DNA of 32,000 nucleotides from Zygophlyctis sp. KS116 (lineage: Eukaryota; Fungi; Chytridiomycota): contig BAAFSQ010000073.1 of assembly GCA_054661495.1 (NCBI GenBank), forward strand, positions 9,650-41,649, written 5' to 3'. This document shows positions 25,763 to 32,000 of this stretch, piece by piece. The position numbers and the translations under genes were made by a program. Positions within the stretch are counted from its first letter, which is position 1. Each line of letters starts with the position of its first letter. The notes below the pieces were generated by a model. It worked only from the letters and a program-made list of their open reading frames with translations. It was not told where the DNA came from and did not search any database.

Positions 25763-26599
25763 ATGAAACTGAAGGTTGCCCTTTTACAGCTATCATCAGG
25801 AAGAGACAAGATCAAAAATCTTGCGAACGCTGCCTTAAAGATCAAGGAAGCGGCTCAACAGGGAGCACAATTAGTTGTTTTGCCTGAATGCTTTCAATCG
25901 CCCTATTCTATAGATTCATTCAGGGAGTATGCAGAAACAGCTAAAGGGCCAACGCAACAGATGCTCTCAAAGGCGGCAAAAGAATCATCAATATATTTAA
26001 TCGGAGGTTCAATACCAGAATTAGATTGCGATAACGTTTATAATACTTGCTTTGTGTACGATCCCCAAGGATCATTGATTGCTACTCATAGGAAACTGCA
26101 TCTGTTTGATATTAATGTACCAGGAAAAATAACTTTTCAAGAGTCTTTGATCTTATCTCCAGGATCTAGTTTAAACTATTTTGAAACTCCTTGGGGTAAA
26201 ATTGGGTTGGGAATCTGTTACGATGTGAGATTTCCAGAAATAGCGCTTATATTGGCTAGAAGATATGGTGTTTTGGGAATGATTTATCCTGGAGCTTTTA
26301 ATATGACTACTGGGCCTTTGCATTGGGAATTATTGTTAAGAGCTCGTGCATTAGATAATCAGATATTTGTTGCAGGTTGTGCGCCTGCTAGGGATGTTTC
26401 GGCATCATACGTTGCTTGGGGACATACATCAAGTGTGAATCCCATGGGGGTAGTCGTAGATAGCTTAAAAGAAGAGGAAGGAATGTTATTTACCACTTGG
26501 GACTCTCAAGAAGTTTTGGAGGCTCGTTCGTCAATTCCTACAAGTGATCAAAGGCGGTTTGATGTGTATCCGGATATAAGCGTGTATATTAGTATATAA
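25763..26599 (+). CDS. NIT2: Nitrilase-family omega-amidase (NIT2 / yeast Nit3-like)
   Basis: Catalytic triad in LPECF, HRKLHLFDI and GICYD; also YPGAFNMTTGPLHWELL and QRRFDVY. The 3' end is ambiguous because of a possible terminal intron (see findings). Confidence 0.92.
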   Translation: MKLKVALLQLSSGRDKIKNLANAALKIKEAAQQGAQLVVLPECFQSPYSIDSFREYAETAKGPTQQMLSKAAKESSIYLIGGSIPELDCDNVYNTCFVYDPQGSLIATHRKLHLFDINVPGKITFQESLILSPGSSLNYFETPWGKIGLGICYDVRFPEIALILARRYGVLGMIYPGAFNMTTGPLHWELLLRARALDNQIFVAGCAPARDVSASYVAWGHTSSVNPMGVVVDSLKEEEGMLFTTWDSQEVLEARSSIPTSDQRRFDVYPDISVYISI

Positions 26600-26648
26600 T
26601 AATTCTAGAGATACAAATAAATCAGTAGAGAATAAATCAGTCAAGAAA

Positions 26649-27223
26649 ATGAAAATAACTCCTCTTCAGGAACGATATTTTGAAATTCTAGAAATTCTAG
26701 AAAAGATACCAAAGAAGAAGAATCTTATTCAACTAACAAAAATGTATAATGAACTTTCTGATAAGCTTGCTGATAGAGATCCCTGCTTTCTCAATCTGGA
26801 TGAACTTGTACTGATTATGGACTGGAAGTTACAACGTGGAAAATTTCGGCCACAACTAAAATCTCTAATAGATTCTAATTCTCCAGATGTAGTAACATCT
26901 ACAACCAAGGAAGCATTTGGTAGGACTTGGCCTGAAAATCTCAAAGTTTTAACACGCCTTAGAGGAGTCGGACCAGCAACTGCAACTGGTACTTTTAATA
27001 CGATTTAATTTTAGCTATATTATCTTTGGCAGATCCTTCAATCCCCTTTTTTTCAGATGAATTGGCTAAAATCATTTTAGAACAGAGTAAACTAAAATAT
27101 TCAGAGGCCGAAGTTCTTTCTTTTGTCAAACTTGTAAGATCAAAGGCAAAACTGGAAAATATGTCTTGTCGAGATTATGAAATTAAGATTTTTACAGAAT
27201 ACTATGAGAAATTAAATGGATAG
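26649..27223 (+). CDS. Amun-like helix-hairpin-helix (DNA glycosylase-fold) protein
   Basis: ELVLIMDWKLQRGKFRPQL, then LRGVGPATATAILS..DPSIPFFSDE after removing one 26-nt intron. Confidence 0.75.
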
Positions 27224-27240
27224 ATACAATTTTTTGAATT

Positions 27241-27996
27241 TTAATATGATCCGTTATAATTCTTATTCTGAAAATCTACGTTTTTGATGTATACCTCCCG
27301 AGAATGATTCTCCCATGAATTGACCAGCATGTCCAATATGAGCAGCCTAAATACTGCATGAAACTCCATTTTCAATAGCATAGATTCAACTTCCACGTTT
27401 AATTTGTCCAGAAATGTTGCATATGATGAGATTTCTGATTTTCTGCTGTACTTAAGAATATTCAGCTCTTTCATGGCTCTTTCAGCACCATCATTGATGG
27501 CCTTTACTACATGCTTGCGAGATTTTTTTAGTTGAAAAATAAATTTCGGACTTCTGATTGAATGATGCAAGTACATTCTCAGCATAAGATTCAGATAGTC
27601 TGAATCGTGAAGATCGCCATCATATTGACTGTGCTTTTTGTACATACTGATCAGTTCTGACGGCTTTGGTAAATATTTGATCAATTCAGCAAATTCTTCC
27701 ACAATTATACTAGATACAAAAGATAATTCGTGCCTGATGATAGGCTCGTTAATTAAATGTTCAATATCTAGATTTTTATGCTTATAGGAGCTTCCAGATT
27801 CCAAACTATGATAAAACCGATGCATTCTTAAGAGTTGTTTATTATATAATTTAGTCATTGGGAGTTTAATTGCGCCCAGCTGTGGACGATGAGGATCCAT
27901 AGTACCAAGGTACAGCATAGCAGCATTTTTAAGCTTGTTGATTGGAAATCCCGAGGTCCATAATAAAAATAAAGGGACGATGGTTGCAATACGCAT
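27241..27996 (-). CDS. Hypothetical, probably secreted protein (about 251 aa)
   Basis: Intronless ORF filling the gap between genes. First ATG gives signal-like MRIATIVPLFLLWTSG. No family recognised. Confidence 0.6.
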   Translation of the reverse strand: MRIATIVPLFLLWTSGFPINKLKNAAMLYLGTMDPHRPQLGAIKLPMTKLYNKQLLRMHRFYHSLESGSSYKHKNLDIEHLINEPIIRHELSFVSSIIVEEFAELIKYLPKPSELISMYKKHSQYDGDLHDSDYLNLMLRMYLHHSIRSPKFIFQLKKSRKHVVKAINDGAERAMKELNILKYSRKSEISSYATFLDKLNVEVESMLLKMEFHAVFRLLILDMLVNSWENHSREVYIKNVDFQNKNYNGSY

Positions 27997-28085
27997 TGAC
28001 TTTGAGGATGTTTGCTTAGCCACGAGGCTTTCCGACTGAGATTGCAAATCAATAAAATAATAATCAATTTTTAATTTTGCTTATT

Positions 28086-29878
28086 TTATTTAGATCCCCA
28101 AAGTCCACTGATAACACTAATTAGTCCACTTCCAGCCTCTTCTTTAATGTCCGGTTTCAGATTTGAAATATCATATTCAGCCACGGCATCATATGCCAGA
28201 TCAATCAATACAGGTTTAATGGCCATTGGACAAAAGTTTGGAGGAATGTCCAGTAATTTCGAATTTTCAGATAGTACCGAATAATCATCAAGATTAGCAA
28301 GAAAAACCTGCAAATAAAAAAACGGACAATATTACCTTGCTCTCTAAATTTAAACTGTTCAGATTTTGTTCCAGATGAATTGATTCACGGGCTAGAGATG
28401 CTGTAATTCTAATACGTTCCGCCGTGCATTTAATTTCAAGATTATCTACAGCGTTTTGAGCAAACTCTAATTCTTCATCAGATGGCAACGCCTTTGTTAA
28501 GAATAAAGATTCTTTTGCCTTTTCTAAATGTTCTTCTGAACGATTTACTAGTGCTAAAGCTTCCATGCCTTTCATTGATCCATTATATATTCCAGCAATA
28601 TATAGACATCGTTGGCCTTTAATAGAATGTATATGTGAATCAATTATAAATCCCAAGGAAGGATCCTTTTCAATGATAGATATTAATGTCATATCTTCCA
28701 AACACTTTTTTTTAAGAATTCTAAAAATTAACGTACCTGGAGCGCAAAATTAAATAATTTGACTACATCTTCCTTTTTTGTACGATCTTTATAAACTTTT
28801 GGATAGAATAATTTATACTGAGACCAATCAATTAAAAATAGATTTCTTCTAATCGTAAAAAACAGTCTTTGAAACAGGATATAACCATGAATAGCTTCAA
28901 GATTAGACATTTTCTCCAAAGATTTAGAAGACTTAACTTTTTCACATTCAATCTAGGAATAATTAAAGAGAGAAATACCTGATAATCTTTCAATTGAGCT
29001 TCAATTAACCGAGATGCATCCCATAAAGTCCCCAATAATATATCAAACGCTCCTAATCTCAATGTAACATCTTCTTTATTGGCGAAATCAATTGATTTTG
29101 AAATTTTAGATTCTAAATCCCCTTTGTTCCTCTTTATTGAGTCCCAAATTTCTAGCCACTCTGATGAAGTAGTTTCAAGACTAAATGTCCTCCACTTAAT
29201 CCCAGCATTGTATGATGTAACTTTTGATGCCTCATCTAAAAGTTTCTATATTAATCAGCTTTATAAATAAAATACGCTCAACTGTGATTCTAAACCATCA
29301 TCATCACCATAATGACCGATTGAGCGCTTCATATCCAACAGTTCCTGAATATCTACCGTAACACCAGTTTTAATCTTCAATTGGTAAGCACAATATTTAA
29401 TCAGGGGAAATAACTCGTCAATTGCGACTTGATAGAAGTGCTCCTCTTTTGAGGATTTTGCAGATTTCTGTAAATTAACATATATATTCCTAGCATTAGA
29501 GAGTGCATTAACTCCTTCCTCCCATGATTTTCTTTCTACAAATGCCAATCCCTCTAATCCCAAAGAATATGCAACTGAAATTAAATTCTCTTTTTCGCTT
29601 CCTGCAGTTAATTCAATTATGCGCTTCGAATAACGTATCGCCCGATTGAGTTTTTTAATTCCATGGTATCGTTTCCTAGGGAATCGCACACTGTTCTTCT
29701 TGCAGTCCATTGCAAATGCCCAATTCCTTTCAGCCTTGAAAACCAGCGATTTGATCTCTGATTTACATTTCTTGATCTTATTCGTATTGTGTCGAGAATA
29801 TCTCAAGTAGTCGGTATGTGAGATCCCATGCTCTGTTCGACTAGTATGTATCAAGGAAAGTAAATCAAGTTGATCCAT
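28086..29878 (-). CDS. SRP68: Signal recognition particle subunit SRP68
   Basis: SRTEHGISHTDYLRYSRH, AERNWAFAM, PLIKYCAYQL, C-terminal PPNFCPMAIKPVLIDLAYD...ISGLWGSK. Four introns. Confidence 0.9.
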
Positions 29879-29910
29879 CGTTTTTTATTATCCTAACCAA
29901 TACCAAGAAA

Positions 29911-31845
29911 CTAGACTCGCTTACGATCCACAAGATATGCATCAGACGCCAATGTAAGAACATCCGGTCTTTTATCCTTTCGATACTCTAAACATCTTTT
30001 AATAAACTCTTTAGCTTCATGAGACACGATGGGTTTAGAAGGAAAATCTAAAACGTGAGATTCATTCAAGATGGTAGATTCCTTGAGTATAGTTTGCTGA
30101 CTTTTTGTATTTCCAAATGGCTTAAAGCCATATAATAATTCAAAGAATATACAGCCTACAGACCAAACATCTACTTTGGATGAAATAGTAATTGGAGCTC
30201 CAGATTCAGGGGATGCAAATACTTCAGGTGGTAAATACCAATATGTTCCAGCTCCTTGTGATGTGAGTGCTATCTCTTTACAGCCGGTTACCTGAACACG
30301 GGGATCAAAATCGTCCCCAGAGAATATCTTTGATAATCCAAAATCAGTTAATTTTATCTGTCCTTTAAAGTATAAAATATTAGCGGGTTTTAAATCATAG
30401 TGAATAATGGGATCTTTCAATTCATTCATATACTTTAATGCAGACATTAACTGAACCAATATTGAATGTGCTTCTTTTTCAGATAATGTTTTTACGCTCG
30501 AGAGATATGATTCTAAATCTTGACCTTGTACAAACTCTAGAATAGTACAAAAAGAATTATGATCAAGTTCAAAAACATCAAAGAGAGAAACGATACGATT
30601 ATGTACAAGTGACTATCATAATTACAGCTAAATATACTGTACCTTGTGTATATGATATTCTCTTAAACTATGCTTTACGTATGATTTTTTTCTTTCTTCT
30701 GTCCACTACAGGTTTAAATAAAATATATATTCATACTTGATCAGATAAGGAATGAATTTTACATGCAACCATTTTCATTTCTTTAAAGTCAAATGCCTTG
30801 TAAACCTCTGAAAATCCACCTCTACCAATTAACTCTAAAACTAAATATCTCTCCTGAAAAACAGGATTACCACTAAACCTGGACTATGATGTAAATTTTA
30901 AATAATATACTTGATCTTCATCCCTTATTCTCCTAACTTCACGTATGTGCAAATCTCTTTCAACCGCCAGAACCTCTAATGAACTTAATAAATCACATTC
31001 TCTCCTTTTTAGAGCCTGTAATCTTATTTTTGCGATTTCTTCCAGCTCATTAAATTCAGCCGCAGTTATTGGAGTTAAGTTTTCCGTATTATTAGCCTTC
31101 AAAACCTTTTCAGTTGTCTTTAATTTGAGTCTTTTAGACAGTATTTTTTTCTCTTTTTCAATATCATCTCTTTCTCTAGAAACTTGTATTAATGCATCTT
31201 GTATTTCAGAAAACTTAAAACCTTCTCTCCAAGTCTCTGAATAAGTAACTCCACGCCTTTCATTAAAAAATACAATGTACCTTTCCTGTACTACGTTTGC
31301 CAATTCCAATGAATTTTTATACATGGTTTTTCTTTTTCTTTTCTTGTCTTGTACACACAAGTCCCTTAAGAGTGATTTTACGACTTTCTGCGCCCGTGAA
31401 ATAACTTCATCACGTTGATTGAGTTTCACATTGTAATTAATGATCAGATCCTGCGTCTCTTTTTCCAAATGAATTTTGTCCTCTTTCAGTTCCTTTATAG
31501 TTTGTAAATATTCCTTTTCCTTTGAATTTTCTTTTGAATTTTCATTGAATTTCTCTTTTGTTGCTGATTTCGGCGTCGCTTTGATTCCCTTAATACCGAC
31601 TTCGTTTGACCTTCCAGATATTGGAAAATAGTCGGATATCCTCTTCATCCCATGTCCAGGAGAGCTGTTGGAGCAATTGATTTCAGAGCTAGGGCTTAAT
31701 GCAATGGATGCTACCTTTGAGATACGATTTCATTGGACATTTTTACAATTTTAGAGACTAATTTCTCTTCTAAAAAGCGCAATTTACTATTATTCTCAAA
31801 GTCTTGATCAGCGCTTTCCTGTGAGTCTGAAAACAGTCGTTTCAT
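29911..31845 (-). CDS. TLK: Tousled-like kinase
   Basis: Coiled coils, [79 protein letters not shown]. Five introns. An in-frame TAA lies just upstream of ATG 31845. Confidence 0.92.
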
Positions 31846-32000
31846 GTTTCTTTATTCGTGACAAACTGGTCTGAATCTTCCTCCGCTCAGTCCAATCAAA
31901 ATCTCAAACTCCGAAAGCTGTAGAATCATGATGATTTATAAAATCAACTTAAAATCCAAATAAGAATGGAATGAGTCTAGTTGTTTCTTTTTCAGCTTTT

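Overview
AT-rich, extremely gene-dense eukaryotic DNA. It is most likely from an early-diverging zoosporic (chytrid-like) fungus; this is inferred from gene content and was not checked by any search. I read about 20 protein genes, split by roughly 70-75 very short GT-AG introns (nearly all 23-34 nt), which is why the ORF track is fragmented. In order: a secreted plant-type LRR protein with one LRR per exon (runs off the left edge), an SDS22-like LRR protein, medium-chain acyl-CoA dehydrogenase, mitochondrial uL5, a membrane-anchored bacterial-type sugar-binding protein, an STE20/MAP4K-CNH kinase, a GABA/polyamine-type permease, a P5B ATPase, COX16, GH38 alpha-mannosidase (Ams1), two tandem DUF1769-like genes, an ABC1/ADCK kinase, a C2H2 zinc-finger factor, a Nit2/Nit3 omega-amidase, an Amun-like HhH protein, an orphan secreted protein, SRP68 and a Tousled-like kinase. 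The two most notable patterns are (1) an array of 16 frame-compatible single-LRR exons with a duplicated N-cap, and (2) intron-like segments spanning the stop codons between tightly packed same-strand genes, one of which would fuse the nitrilase in frame to the Amun-like protein. I saw no rRNA, tRNA, CRISPR array or transposon. All gene models are manual and lack transcript support.
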